Notes under the pieces: model-generated
Database searches by the model: none
What the model was told of the DNA's origin: nothing
The model's input: only the letters and a program-made list of their open reading frames with translations
Shown: positions 36,991 to 50,055 of the stretch, piece after piece
Layout: every line of letters begins with the position of its first letter
Position numbering within the stretch: the stretch's first letter is position 1
Source of the DNA: Octopus sinensis
Lineage: Eukaryota
Length of the DNA stretch: 64,000 nucleotides
NCBI RefSeq assembly: GCF_006345805.1
Contig: NC_043014.1
Span: 41,664,001-41,728,000, forward strand
Direction of reading: 5' to 3'
Program-made: the position numbers and the translations under genes

Positions 36991-37734
36991 GATAAAAGTG
37001 TAATTGTTTAACGGATAATGTTAGTGAAGATGTAACAACACCGATAATCTAAGGAAAATGTGAGAATTTACGATAATATTGATAAAGATGTTACACTATA
37101 CAAGATAATGTTTGTGATAGTTTATCTGATAATGTTACTCAAGTTGAATATTCACCTTCTCCAATAGTAGTTAGTTATCTCTCCTTCGTTTTTCTGTTAA
37201 GAGTTTAGAGAAAAAAGTCAGCAACCATGATGCTATTTTAAGCATTAGAGATCGTAGTGGAGAGAAAAAAAAAAGAAGTTACCATTGAAATTAAAACTAG
37301 GTTCAAACGCTTGAACTCTGTTAAAACTATGAATGAATCAGGTACTGGTATTAAACCGAGCGATGGCTTAAGTCTCCCACTAACCAAAACTATGATCAAC
37401 TTTGGTCTACCTATTTGCTTTAACTTTAATCTACCTAAAGACTTTTATGGTGACTACTGCTGAATAACAAAGTAATTGGATGTCGGTAGATTGTCGCAAG
37501 ATATACGTTGTGAGAGAAAATACAGTATCTTATCTAGTTATGGGCTTCTAAGTTCAAATCTGGCCTAAATCAATTTTTCCTTCCGGTGTTGAGTGCATAA
37601 ATAGTAAAAATCCAGTAAAGGCCCGTGAAATATTTGCATCATTATAATGTCTCTTAGATCGGAATGGAATTACAGTTATTTGTAATTTAGGTTCAGGGTT
37701 AGCAATTTTGAGGAAAAGGACTTAATCTATATCT

Positions 37735-37965
37735 GTTTCTTTATTGCCCACAAGAGGCTAATCATAGAGGGAACAAACAAGGACAGACCAAGGGATTAAG
37801 TCGATTACATCGACCTCAGTGCGAAACTGGTACTTTATTTATCGACCCCGAAAGGATGAAAGGCAAAGTCGACCTCGGCGGAATTTGAACTCAGAACGTA
37901 ACGACAGGCGAAATACTGCTAACCATTTCGCCCGGCGAACTAACGTGTCTGCCAGCTCGCCGCCT
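37735..37965 (-). mobile_element. SINE family A monomer
   Basis: Reverse-complement match with tail A. Confidence 0.9.
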
Positions 37966-38814
37966 ATATCATCAACCGAGTACATAACTGGTATTTTATT
38001 TCAACGACTAAAAAAAGTATAATGAAATGCAACGCTGACACCAGCAAAACAGTCGGTCCTACGCTCTGACAACTTAAACGATTTGCAGCCATTTTCCTTT
38101 CTAGTTTGATTTCATCTCCTTTGGTATAATATTGCTGTGATTCACATGGAAAATCTGTAAAGTATTTCTGATATCTCAGCCATCCAGAATGTCCTTGCAT
38201 GCCCAGTAACTTAATGAGACAGATTGGGGACTATGAAGTGAGTTTAGAATTCAGTGTTGAAAGTTAAACGTGAAAATTGACAAGAAACCCTTTTAAACCG
38301 ATGCTGTAACCATTGTTGGCAGTTGAGATAATATCATTGAGTCAGATGGATAACTTGTCTAGCTGGATAATTGTGGCAACGTTGACAAGTTGAAAAGTTT
38401 TACATTTCCGCTATGTAAAATACCGGCTCGTAATAATTATCATGTCGAAATGCTGTAAAGAAACGCAGGAGTTTGAGACTTTTACATATACATGTATGCA
38501 GTTCTGTGCGCCCAAGGCTGTGCATATATAGATACACACACACGCACAAACACACACATACACACGCATTGTCAAATTGTATATCCAGCCAGCCATACAC
38601 GTAATTTGCCCAACACTTAAATTACAAAAGCAGTTCTTTAATAACGCTTATATACGAATATATACATATAGACAAGAAATCTGAGGCATGTATGTAGCAA
38701 TAAATAGGTGGTTCTTATTCCATCTGTTTCCTTTCGCTGAATCGCTAGGTTACGAAAACTTAAAAATAGAAACCCTGGTTGTCACGTTGTGATGGGAACG
38801 AGCGCACATAGAAA

Positions 38815-38857
<43 letters not shown>

Positions 38858-39371
38858 ACACACACACACATACACAAACACATATATATGGTACATACAT
38901 GTGTATATACGTACGTACAAATATATACTTCCTTATGCATACATGCAATATATATATCTGCATTCATATACACATACATCTCTGTGTCTGTGTGTACATG
39001 TATATATGTGTGTCTATGCGCGTGTATGTGTCTTCCAAGCCACGTGAGAGATATCACTTTGGTGGTCCTTCTATTTCTACACCTCCTTTAGTTGTTGTCC
39101 GCTTTCGACTTCCTCTTCTGCTATTTTCCACTCCCATCCTCTACTTTCACTTTCCCGTATCCGTTTTCCATAGAAAACGCATAGGAATAGGGACACATTT
39201 AACATGAATGAAAAATTTAGAAATCTTGCAAAACAATACATAAGCGTAAAAATTTAGTATAAACATTTTTGTCACCCCTTATCCTTTTTTTCTCTCTGAA
39301 TTCACTTTAAATATTTTCTATGGATAATCTACGTATTTTCTAAATGTTCTAATATATTTCATTGGCACGAT

Positions 39372-39423
39372 CTGGGAATCGAAACCGCGAGTCCGCTGCC
39401 CTAAACACTGGGCCATCGCGCTT

Positions 39424-39428
<5 letters not shown>
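39372..39428 (-). mobile_element. SINE family D head fragment
   Basis: TCTGGGAATCGAAACCGCG..CTGGGCCATCGCGCTTCCAC. Confidence 0.7.
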
Positions 39429-39471
<43 letters not shown>

Positions 39472-39472
<1 letters not shown>

Positions 39473-39652
39473 GTGAGAATTTTCAAAAAAATAACAAAAG
39501 ACGGGTGTGTAAACAACAAACAGATGTATTAGTTTAACGCTCGAGAAATGAGAAAGTATTTTACGTTTCGAGCCTACGCTCTTCCACAGAAAGGAACACA
39601 GAAATAAACAGGGAGAGAAAATAGAAAAAGGTATAGTGGCTAGCGATCTATC
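39472..39652 (-). mobile_element. Penelope terminal-repeat fragment with hammerhead-like motif (CUGUGGA core)
   Basis: Homologous to 32240-32430; on minus CTGTGGAAGAGCGTAGGCTCGAAACGTAAAA. Confidence 0.7.
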
Positions 39653-39916
39653 CTATATAACATGATAAGGCATCAACAAGTAGAATATCACTCGATCAGC
39701 GATTAAACCTACATGTCTTATTAAATACAGCTACCTAGGGTTTCCTGGTTGAGGCATGAATTTATTTCTCCATTTTGCATGAGAGAACGTGACGGTTTAT
39801 CAGTTGCTTTTTGGATAGATGACGTTTAAGCAAGAGCCGCTGATAGATAAGAAGACAAGAAAAAATACAAGAGAGATAACCTACGTTACAATAAATTACA
39901 ACAAGGTAGGAATAAA

Positions 39917-40080
39917 CGATGGTTTTCTTTCAGTTAACGTCAACCAAATCCATTCCCAAGGCGTTGTGGCCGATCCCCGAAATATATTATAGTAGACTTA
40001 GCCATATTGACACGCAATGGAGCCGAAACGAGAAATATATTGTTCGAAAGCAAAATGTCTTTCCACACACAGCCACAAGT
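39917..40080 (-). mobile_element. Degenerate SINE B head
   Basis: TTCTTTCAGTT..CCAAATCCA..CCACACAGCCAC. Confidence 0.6.
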
Positions 40081-40113
40081 GAACATCATCATTATCATCA
40101 TCATCACCATCAT

Positions 40114-40145
<32 letters not shown>

Positions 40146-40468
40146 AGTAGTTTTATTTTTATAGCGTGCTTTCACTTCACTACCGAGCGCAGCTCTGTGT
40201 GCCTTAGGTATGTGGTGTTATTTTTTGTGATGCTCTGATGGTTATTGTATGGAAAGTGTTCTGCGTAGGATGTGTGCAGTGCCCAGTAGTGCAATTTTCT
40301 GTATGTTATATGTGTTTGTAGGTCCTGGTGTTTTTGTTATGTATTTGTCTGAATAATTTTTTATCATGCCTAATGCACCTACTATGATGGGAATTTTTTC
40401 TGTTTTTAGATTCCACATTCTGTTGCCTCTATTTCCAGGTCTTTGTATTTTGAAAGTTTCTCCATTTC
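40146..40468 (-). mobile_element. R4/Dong-like (restriction-like endonuclease) LINE 3' end
   Basis: On minus EKLSKYKDLEIE..MWNLKTEKIPIIVGALGMIK..IQKIALLGTAHILRRTL, a typical R4-clade C-terminus; (TAC)n tail and (TAA)n nearby. Confidence 0.8.
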
Positions 40469-40482
40469 TTTTATATTTTATA

Positions 40483-40551
<69 letters not shown>

Positions 40552-41066
40552 CATTATTATTATTATTATCATAATTACTTTGTTCCTTGCCAATTATCCA
40601 AATTCCAGAAAAAAAATATATCCATCTGGAAATATTTTAACATAAATTATTATACATGCAAAAACAAAATCTCCCGTTTGTGTACAAATGAGTTCACTTA
40701 ACAAATAACCTTCATGCTGCTTTGGCCTTGAATTTCTTTCTTTTTCCGAACTGCTTCCTAAGACGTATCTTGAAGGTTAGTGACAGAGGAAAAACCAAGT
40801 GCATACCAATGTCAGAAAGCGAGGGGTTCTGTATTATACTTTGGGGTGATAGCGAAGATAGGTTGATCAGTTGTGTATCAAGGATGACCCTATTTTTGCT
40901 TACAAACACATGTTTTAATCACAAAACATAGATCCTGTTCAAGCAACATCGAAAGAAAACATGGTGAGCGGGCCGGCTTATATTCATATGCATGTATGTG
41001 AGTGTGGGTGTGAGAGAGAAATTGCGTGCGTGTGTGTTTGCATGTGTGTTTATGTGTGTGTGTGTA

Positions 41067-41097
<31 letters not shown>

Positions 41098-41098
41098 A

Positions 41099-41169
<71 letters not shown>

Positions 41170-41328
41170 ATATATATATATATATTCAAGATTAATCAGC
41201 CGAAATGCTAAGATGATCTGGTCTTGACTGATGACTGAGGGTTCGAATGTCCCGTCCTGTGTCTTGTGTTGTCTCTGTGTTGTTTCATGTTCTTGTCCAT
41301 GTCTGTAATTATTTTACTTGTTTCCTAA

Positions 41329-41363
<35 letters not shown>

Positions 41364-42329
41364 CACATATATGTGTATGCGCACGCGCGCGCGTGTGTGT
41401 GTATCTATACATGTACCTTCATATGTGTGTGTGTGCGCGTATTTTTGCGTATGTGTGTATATGTGTGTTTATGTGCCTGTGTATATCTATATATACACCT
41501 TCATATATATGTGTATACGTACGCGCGTGTGTGTTTGTATGTGTGCGTGTGTGTATCTATGCATATACCTATATATGTGTGTGTGTGTGCAAGTGTGTAT
41601 GCGTATATGTATGTCTGTGCGAATGTATGTGTGTGTATCGAAACCTTTATATATGTGTGTGCGCATGTGTATGTATGTGTGTGTATGTTTTACGCACACA
41701 TGTGTATTTGTATGTTCCCAAGAGCGTATTAGCCTGCTCGTAGGGGATTCTGTCCCCTTGTCTTCCAACCCCTTTTGACATACCCACATAAAGAAGAACT
41801 AATAAACTTCCATTCAGATTTAAGTGATCCTTAATAGACATATTGTTAACAAAATAGACACGATAATGAGGTGAAGGTCCCCGTTCTCCTTGCAGTAATT
41901 TCGAACTACTCTAATTGCTTCAGCCAGTGGTGGGGCGAGGTAACAAGGATAAACGGTGGCTACTTCGTTGTCAAAAATTAATGACTCCTCGATGCTGCCA
42001 AAAACCCACCCCCAAACCATTCTCTAACAAGACTGTCTTTAACTATTTTCTTCTGCTTATCCAATTTACTGTCAATGTTATTAACTCTTCCCCCTTTCTC
42101 TTTTTTTGTTTTTTTCTAAGGAAGTTTTTTTGTCCGTTATTTCCCTGCTGTTATTTCCCGGTTTCCGTAGATTTTTTGTGGTCGCCATATATTTTTTTTA
42201 TATATCTTTTATGTTATTTAAGTGAAACCTGTTGTACTATTTCATCGTGCACTGTAAAGGTTCGATGTTGAGTGCTGCAAAGAGACTTGACATTAGTTTT
42301 CTCAAAAAAGATTTCGCCGTTCACCACAT

Positions 42330-43310
42330 GTTAGAAGAGCATCACCGAGACAAGTGAGGAACTTTATATATCTCTGGCCTGTATTCACGAGAGATGGAAG
42401 GCAAGAGTCTTGAAATTAGTGTACATTTAAACACAAAAGAGGCCAACCTTAACAGGTTGCCTAACATACTAGAAAGAATAGTCAAAAAGTCGAAACCACA
42501 ATTAGTAGAACATCGCCGAGACCAGTGAGGAACTTTATATATCTCTGGCCTGTATCCACGGGTGATGAAAGGCAAGAACCTTGAAATGGGTGCTAGAATT
42601 GCAAGCGCTGGCACGGTAATACGCTATCCCCAGCATTCGATAGTTAAAACAGGAGAGGCTGGTATTTCGGTATTCTTGCTTATCCTTATCTAAAGTCATA
42701 AATGTCGAGTAATGAGGAAAAGAGTACGAGCATGAATACAACCCATAAGGTCCGGTTTCCCGATTACCCGGTTTCATGGCGTATAATTCCCTACCTGGAC
42801 GGGACGCCGGTTCATCGTAAGATTACTCATCTTTGCACATTGAGAGGGCTGGAGAAACTTGATTTGAAGTGTTGTGTTCAAGATTACAGCGCGTTAACTC
42901 CTCAGAGAATCGAAACCACAATCTTGCGATCATGAGTCCGACACCCTAACCACTAAGCCACGCGCCTCCACAAATGGCTGAATTGGAGTTTCTCTAAGAG
43001 TCTCTGGTGTAATGTTTGTATCTCTGATCAAGGAATCTCCCTAGGTAGGGCCATGAATTCTTCGCAATGTGGGGTCACAGCTACGGTACAATGGATATGT
43101 GATTAGAATGTCACACGAAAGAATTGCCAGACGGATTCTTCAAGCCAAGCCGACCGGCAGGGTCCTTGGCGATATGGTATGAAACCAATGGTTGGATAAT
43201 ATCCATAATCTTATAAACCAACCGGAAAGTATAATGATGGTTGCATTTGACAGGACCCGATAGAGGAGATGCCAATGATTCTACCCGCACGACCATCCGA
43301 AGAATAGTGG
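42330..43310 (+). pseudogene. Decayed RTE (Rex3/Expander-like) LINE 3' part, with internal duplication and a SINE insertion
   Basis: QVRNFIYL..VFTRDGRQ..EMGARIASAGTVIR..QMAELEFL..QLRYNGYVIRMSHERIARRILQAKPTGR..QWLDNI..; 42337-42418 is duplicated at 42507-42588. Confidence 0.7.
42740..42972 (-). mobile_element. SINE with family C head/CORE-like block + tail 2
   Basis: On minus GGCGCGTGGCTTAGTGGTTAGGG head; tail CCGGCGTCCCGTCCAGG..GAAACCGG. Confidence 0.8.
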
Positions 43311-43380
43311 GTGAAGATGGATAGAAATACATGTGTGGGTTTGTGTGTAAGTGTGTAAGTGTATGTGTGTGTATAAATAT

Positions 43381-43559
43381 AGGCGCAGGAGTGGCTGTGT
43401 GGTCTGTAGCTTGCTTACCAACGACGTGGTTCGGGTTCAGTCCCACTGCGTGGCATCTCGGGCAAGTGTCTTCTCCTATAGCCTCGGGCAGACCAGAGCC
43501 TTGTGAGTGGATTTGGTGGACGGGAACTGAAAGAAGCCTGTCCTGTGTGTGTGTGTATG

Positions 43560-43601
<42 letters not shown>

Positions 43602-43809
43602 TGTTTCTGTGTTTGTCCCCATCAACATTGCTTGATAACCGATGCTGGTGCGTTTACGTCCACGTGTCTGAGCGATTCGGCAAAATAGTCCGATAGAATA
43701 AGTACTAGACTTACATGGAATAAGTCCCTGGGTCGATTTGCTCGACTAAAGGTAGCGCTCCTGCATGGCCGCAGTGAAATTACGGAGACAAATAAAAGTA
43801 TAAAAGAAT
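43381..43809 (+). mobile_element. SINE family B
   Basis: Full-length diverged copy. Confidence 0.88.
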
Positions 43810-43922
43810 ATAGTCAGAAAGACACATACATGCACATATACACTCATTACACATAGATGAAATACATACATATAAAAATTAGTGTACATTTAAACACAAA
43901 AGAGGCCAACCTTAACAGCTTG

Positions 43923-44243
43923 AGACCCCATTCGGTCATGACTAACCATGAGATTGCACTTAGAAAGCTACCCTCCCAGGCACAAGTCCGGGCAAGGTCG
44001 ATTATGGAAGACCAGCAGTCACCCGTGCATATCGGCCTCCTCTCTCCACGCCACCAGTGTTCTCCAAGGGAAAGGCAAAGGCCGATACAGCTTGGCACCA
44101 GTGACGTCGCAGCTCATTTCTACAGCTGGAGCAACGTGAAATAAAATGTCTTGCTCAAGAACACGCAATCCCGGTCCGGGATTCGAACTCCCACCTCACG
44201 ATCGTAAGTTCGACGCTCTAACCATTGAGCCATGTACCTTCAT
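43923..44243 (-). mobile_element. SINE family G
   Basis: TSD ACAGCTTG (43915-43922, 44244-44251); empty paralogous site at 42413-42505. Confidence 0.9.
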
Positions 44244-44892
44244 ACAGCTTGCCTCACATACTAGAAAGAACAGTCAAAAAGTCCAAACCACAGTTAGGAG
44301 CAATTTCGAAGGGAATGAAAAATAAAAATGCATTTATCATGTTTTACATACATACATATGTGTGTGGTGTGTGGTGTGTGTGTGTGTATGTGCGTGTGTC
44401 TATGGAACTGCGAAGATTATGAGACGATGCGCCGTGCTTCAGATGAAAATTAAGGAGGGAAAAATTAAAGAGAACCTCTATAGTTTAGTATTTTCCTACT
44501 GTGCACTCATTCCAATAAATAAACAACTTCACGATATTATAAAAAAAAAAGAACCTATTTAGTTCACATTTCCTGACAAAAACCAGCCTAATGCAAAGGT
44601 AAACGTTATTATCTCTGTTGTTTAATGTCTTACTCTCCTTTTGTTAGTGCTGTTGTTGTTGCTGAGGCTGTTGTTATTGCTGCTGCCATGGTTATTAGTG
44701 GTAGTAAAAAGGTCAATTGTCCAATTCATGACCCCGTGAATGTAAATATCACAACACTATCAGAACTTATAATGGATTGATAGAGGAGGGCAGGGGAAGC
44801 TTTAATGAAGTCGGTAAATGTTTGTGACTGTTGTCGTGCCGGCCTTCTTCCTGCTTTGCTTATGCAGTCGATAGTTCATTAAATTCAAGCTT

Positions 44893-45281
44893 GTGGAGGC
44901 GCAATGGCCCAGTGGTTAGGGCAGCGGACTCGCGGTCGTAGGATCGCGGTTGCGATTCCCAGACCGGGCGTTGTGAGTGTTTATTGAGCGAAAACACCCA
45001 AAAGCTCCATGAGGCTCCGGCAGGGGATGGTGGTGATCCCTGCTGTACTCTTTCACACAAAACTTTTCTCTCACTCTTACTCCTGTTTCGTTGTACCTGT
45101 ATTCAAAGGGCCGGCTTGTCACTCTCTGTGTCACGCTGAATATCCCGAGAACGACGTTAAGGGTACACATGTCTGTGGAATGCTCAGCCACTTACACATT
45201 AATTTCACGAGCAGGCTGTTCCGTTGATCGGATCATCCGGAACCCTCGTCGTCGTAACCGACAGAGTGCTTCCATCCATCC
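44893..45281 (+). mobile_element. SINE family D (tRNA-like head + tail 1)
   Basis: GGAGGCGCAATGGCCCAGTGGTTAGGGCAGCGGACTCG head; TSD AAATTCAAGCTT (44881-44892, 45282-45293). Confidence 0.9.
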
Positions 45282-45314
45282 AAATTCAAGCTTAGAATCC
45301 AACTGTAGTGTTTA

Positions 45315-45550
45315 TCTTTTTCTTTTTCGTCGCTTCTGTCATTGGACTACGGCCATGCTGGTGCACCACTTTTAAGGGATTAATTCGAATAAAATTCAGC
45401 CCAGTACTTATATAATTGTTTTAAGTCCTGTACTTATCCTATAGGTCTCTATTGCTGAGCCGCTATGTTACGGTGATGGAAATAAAGCCAACATTGTTTG
45501 TTGAGCGAACTGGGGTTGGGGGGTAGGGGACAAACGCAGAAACGAAGTCA

Positions 45551-45594
<44 letters not shown>

Positions 45595-45775
45595 TATACG
45601 ATGAGCATCCGCACCGTTTCGAGATGTACTCACAATACATTGCATCGGTCGACTCCAAGCTTGAGTACAAGACATTTGCCCAAGGTAATGCGCAGTGGGA
45701 CGGAACCCGAACCCGAACCCGAACCCGAAATTATGGTTGTTGTAAAGCGAGTTTCTTAACCACACAGCCATACAT
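45315..45775 (-). mobile_element. Old SINE B copy
   Basis: Diverged match with (CA)n core. Confidence 0.7.
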
Positions 45776-45994
45776 TCGCATATGTTATACCAAATTTCCT
45801 GTCAGAGGTATGGTAAAATATCTGAGAACGATACAGGAAATTACACACATTAAGGAAACGTAATGTAGTTTAATTTTAAGTTAAATATGTAAAATCTAAA
45901 ATGTGGAAGAGTGAGAGCGAGAGAGGGAAAAAGAGATAAACAAATATGCAAATATCAATGAGAAAAACATGGTTAACATTTGTTTATGACAGCA

Positions 45995-46327
45995 TTTCAA
46001 GGTCGATAAATTAAGTACCAGTTGAGTACTGGGGTCGAAGTAATAGACTATTTCCCTCCTCCCAATTTCAGGCCTTGTGACTATAGTAGAAAGGAATATT
46101 TGTTTATGATTAAGCGGCATGCTGGCAGAATCGTTAACACGTCGGGCGAAATACTTAGCGGCATTTCGATTGTCTTGTGTTCTGAGTTCAAATTCTGCCC
46201 AGGTCGACTTTGCCTTTCATCCTTTCGGGGTCGATAAAGTACGTACCAGTTGAGTACTGAGATCGATGTAATCGATTCATCCCTTATCCTGAAATTGCGC
46301 GCCTTGTGTCAAAATTTGAAATCAGTA
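45995..46327 (+). mobile_element. Two stacked SINE A (tail B-type) copies
   Basis: Separated and flanked by ATTTGTTTATGA at 45978, 46098 and 46327. Confidence 0.8.
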
Positions 46328-46380
46328 TTTGTTTATGATAAGTAAATATATAAAAGAAACATTATGACTACTGATATTAC

Positions 46381-46828
46381 TCTTTTACTTGTTTCAGTCA
46401 TTTGACTGCGGCCATGCTGGAGCACCGCCTTTAGTCGAGCAAATCGACCCGGGACTTATTCTTTGTAAGCCCAGTACTTATTCTATCGGTCTCTTTTGTC
46501 GAACCGCTAAGTGACGGGAACGTAAACACACCAGCATCGGTTGTCAAGCAATGCTAGGGGGACAAACACACACACACAAACACACACTTATACATATATA
46601 TATACATATATACGACAGGCTTCTTTCAGTTTCCGTCTACCAAATCCACTCACAAGGCATTGGTCGGCACGGGGTTATAGCAGAAGACACTTGCCCAAGG
46701 TGCCACGCAGTGGGATTGAACCCGGAACCGTGTGGTTGGTTAGCAAGCTACTTACCACACAGCCACTCCTGCGCTATAGCCACTCCTGCGCTATAGCCAC
46801 TCCTGCGCTATAGCCACTCCTGCGCTAT
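46381..46828 (-). mobile_element. Young SINE B with 4x tandem 17-bp 5' end
   Basis: Near-consensus; (AGCCACTCCTGCGCTAT)4 at 46761-46828. Confidence 0.9.
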
Positions 46829-46884
46829 TTTATCATCATTTTATATATTTATCATCCATTTTTTTTTGCAATCTTTAAATTACA

Positions 46885-47085
46885 ACCCTGCTGGGGCCAC
46901 TGCCTTGGAAAATTGTTAGTCAAATGAATCGATCCCAGTATTTATTTATTTATTTAGTTTAAACTTGATACTTATTCTGTCTATCTCTTTTGCTTAACTG
47001 GTAGTTACATGGACATAAGTACACCAACACCGGTTGTTAAGCGGTGAAGGGGACAAACACAGATACAAAGACACTCACATAGACA

Positions 47086-47116
<31 letters not shown>

Positions 47117-47515
47117 AACACGCACAATTACCCATACTCTTTACTCTCTCTTTTACTTGTTTCAGTCATGTATACAACAGGCTTCTTTCAGTTTCCGTCT
47201 ACCAAATCCACTCACAAGGCTTTGCTCGGTCCGAGGCTATAGTAGAAGACACTTGCCCAAGGTGCCACGCAGTAGGAATGAACCCGGAACCATGTGGCTG
47301 GTAAGCAAGCTACATACCACACAGCCACTCCTGCGCCTATGTACATATATGATGAGCTTCTTTTAGTTTCCGTTTACCAAAACCACTCACAAAACTTTGG
47401 CCAGCCCGAGGCTATAGTAGAAGACACTTACCGAAGCTGCCACGCAGTGGGACTGAACCTGGCTCCATACAGTTGGTAAGCAAGCTACTTAGCACATAGC
47501 CACGTCTGAGCCTTA
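46885..47515 (-). mobile_element. Cluster of partial SINE B copies
   Basis: Heads end near 47338 and 47513. Confidence 0.75.
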
Positions 47516-47970
47516 TGCAACACTTTCAGATTAATATGGGTTCAACACCCGTTTCCAATACTACCATTTTCAAGATTGCTTCAAATGTATTAGGGGGTTA
47601 AAATTATGTACACAAATTATATATTCTGATCAATGTAATCATTAAATACGCCGTTCCTTCCAACAGTAAACTGAACTTGTGAAATGAAGTTCATATTACT
47701 ACAAGTAGCAATATTAATGATGTTATCAGTAATATACATGGCATTAAGAATACTTTATTAAGCCTCGGGGGGGGATGAAAGTCAAAGAAAAATTAATTTA
47801 TATCCCTTGTTTAGTTCTTAGTACAGACCTCGAGTATAATGTTTCGGATCTCCAAGATATATCAATGATTTCAGATATTTCATAAACAGTTTGTAATATG
47901 ATTTATCTGATAGTGTCATAAAATATGAAACTGTATATCTATATTGGTTGCAGATATACACACATGCACA

Positions 47971-48026
<56 letters not shown>

Positions 48027-48070
48027 ATTCATACATTCACTCACAGACTTATTGACATTGAGACATGGAC

Positions 48071-48111
<41 letters not shown>

Positions 48112-48323
48112 ACAAATACACACAAAGGCATAGATGGTTATATTCAAATGTTTTATTATCAGACATAATTATTTTAGGTCGCTTCTTTTCATATGTATGC
48201 ATTGCATATGAATTATTTTTCGTCATTTCCTCAAGAATTCTTCTCACCCACAAACACATTCGCATGCATACTCACACTCCATATGCAAATATCAATATAT
48301 AATATATATATGTAATATATATA

Positions 48324-48423
48324 NNNNNNNNNNNNNNNNNNNNNNNNNNNNNNNNNNNNNNNNNNNNNNNNNNNNNNNNNNNNNNNNNNNNNNNNNNNNN
48401 NNNNNNNNNNNNNNNNNNNNNNN
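48324..48423. other. Assembly gap (100 N)
   Basis: Run of N between (TA)n and a SINE array. Confidence 1.
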
Positions 48424-49171
48424 TAATCGACTTAATCCGTTTGTCTGTCCTTGTTTGTCCCCTCTATGTTTAGCCCCTTGTGGGCTATAAAGAAATAATA
48501 AAGGTTAGCACGCCGGGCGAAATGCGTAGCCGTATTTCGTCTGCCGTTACGTTCTGAGTTCAAATTCCGTCGAGGTCGACTTTGCCTTTAATCCTTTCGG
48601 GGTCGATTAAATAAGTACCAGTTCACTGGGGTCGATTAAATAAGTACCAGTTCAGTGGGATCGATGTAATCGACTTAATCCGTTTGTCTGTCCTTGTTTG
48701 TCCCCTCTATGTTTAGCCCCTTGTGGGCAGTAAAGAAATAATAAAGGTTAGCACGCCGGGCGAAATGCGTAGCCGTATTTCGTCTGCCGTTACGTTCTGA
48801 GTTCAAATTCCGTCGAGGTCGACTTTGCCTTTAATCCTTTCGGGGTCGATTAAATAAGTACCAGTTCACCGGGATCGATGTAATCGACTTTATCCGTTTG
48901 TCTGTCCTTGTTTGTTCCCTCTGTGTTTAGCCCCTTGTGGGCAATAAAGAAATAAGAAAGGTTAGCACGTCGGGCGAAATGCGTAGTCGTATTTCGTCTG
49001 CCGTTACGTTCTGAGTTCAAATTCCGCCGAGGTGGACTTTGCCTTTCATCCTTTCGGGGTCGATAAATTAAGTACCAGTTACGCACTGGGGTCGATGTAA
49101 TTGACTTAATCCCTTTGTCTGTCCTTGTTTGTTCCCTCTGAGTTTAGCCCCTTGTGGGTAGTAAAGAAATA
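48424..49171 (+). mobile_element. SINE A multimer (4 tail-A modules; junctions at AAAGGTTAGCAC)
   Basis: AAAGAAATA followed by A(T/G)AAAGGTTAGCACG three times; 5' part lost in the gap. Confidence 0.88.
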
Positions 49172-49410
49172 TATATGTTATGTCCCTCGCCATTCTCCAG
49201 GGCAACGGTTTTCCATTTCCTCGGCTGGGACCTTGAGACAGACTGAAAATCCGTTTTATATATTACTTGTTACCTATTGTTTTTTTTTTCCACGTTATTT
49301 TCACTGAAAGAACATCCTGCGTAATTTCCGAATTTTGCGAAAGCTTATATTTTCAGATTTTCAGTTTTGGAGGCCATATTCAAACTCACTGGCAAATATT
49401 AGCGAGTGAT

Positions 49411-49772
49411 GGAAGCACTCCGTCGGTTACGACGACGAGGGTTCCGGCTGATCCGTGAAATTAACGTGTAAGTGGCTGAGCACACCACAGACACGTGCAC
49501 CCTTAACGTAGTTCTCGGGGATATTCAGCGTGACACAGAGAGTGACAAGGCCGGCCCTTTGAAATACAGTACACACAGAAACAGGAAGTAAGAGTGAGAG
49601 AAATTGTGGTGAAAGAGTACAGCAGGGATCACCACCATCCCCTGCCGGAGCCTCGTGGAGCTTTTAGGTGTTTTCGCTCAATAAACACTCACAACGCGCG
49701 GTCTGGGAATCGAAACCGCGATCCTATGACCGCGAGCCCGCTGCCCTAACCACTGGGCCATTGCGCCTCCAC
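49411..49772 (-). mobile_element. SINE family D
   Basis: TSD AGCGAGTGAT (49401-49410, 49773-49782). Confidence 0.9.
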
Positions 49773-50055
49773 AGCGAGTGATAATGTCTAACAATACCCA
49801 AACATGCCATTATCTCCAAGCAGCTATCACATTTCCTGCCAAGCACAGAAATTCAAGTTTCTGCAAAATTTAATTTTCAATTTTTTGAATTCATCTCTTC
49901 TGTTCTTTCCGATTTTTGTATTCTTTCCTTTATCAAGGAACACATTTTAATGAACTATGTCCGTTTTCTCGTCTTGCTTTTTATACATGCACTCACACAC
50001 TAACTAACACACACTATCTGCAAAATACATATATACAATTAAAGGAAGGAGTTTC

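Noticed and set aside
41725-42025. Minus-strand coding-like stretch as a host exon
   Set aside because: Frame disrupted and no recognisable motif; more likely a decayed TE piece.
44893-44975. Functional tRNA genes at SINE heads (also 12401, 50301)
   Set aside because: A/B-box-like motifs are present, but there is no complete acceptor stem or terminator, and each runs into a SINE body.
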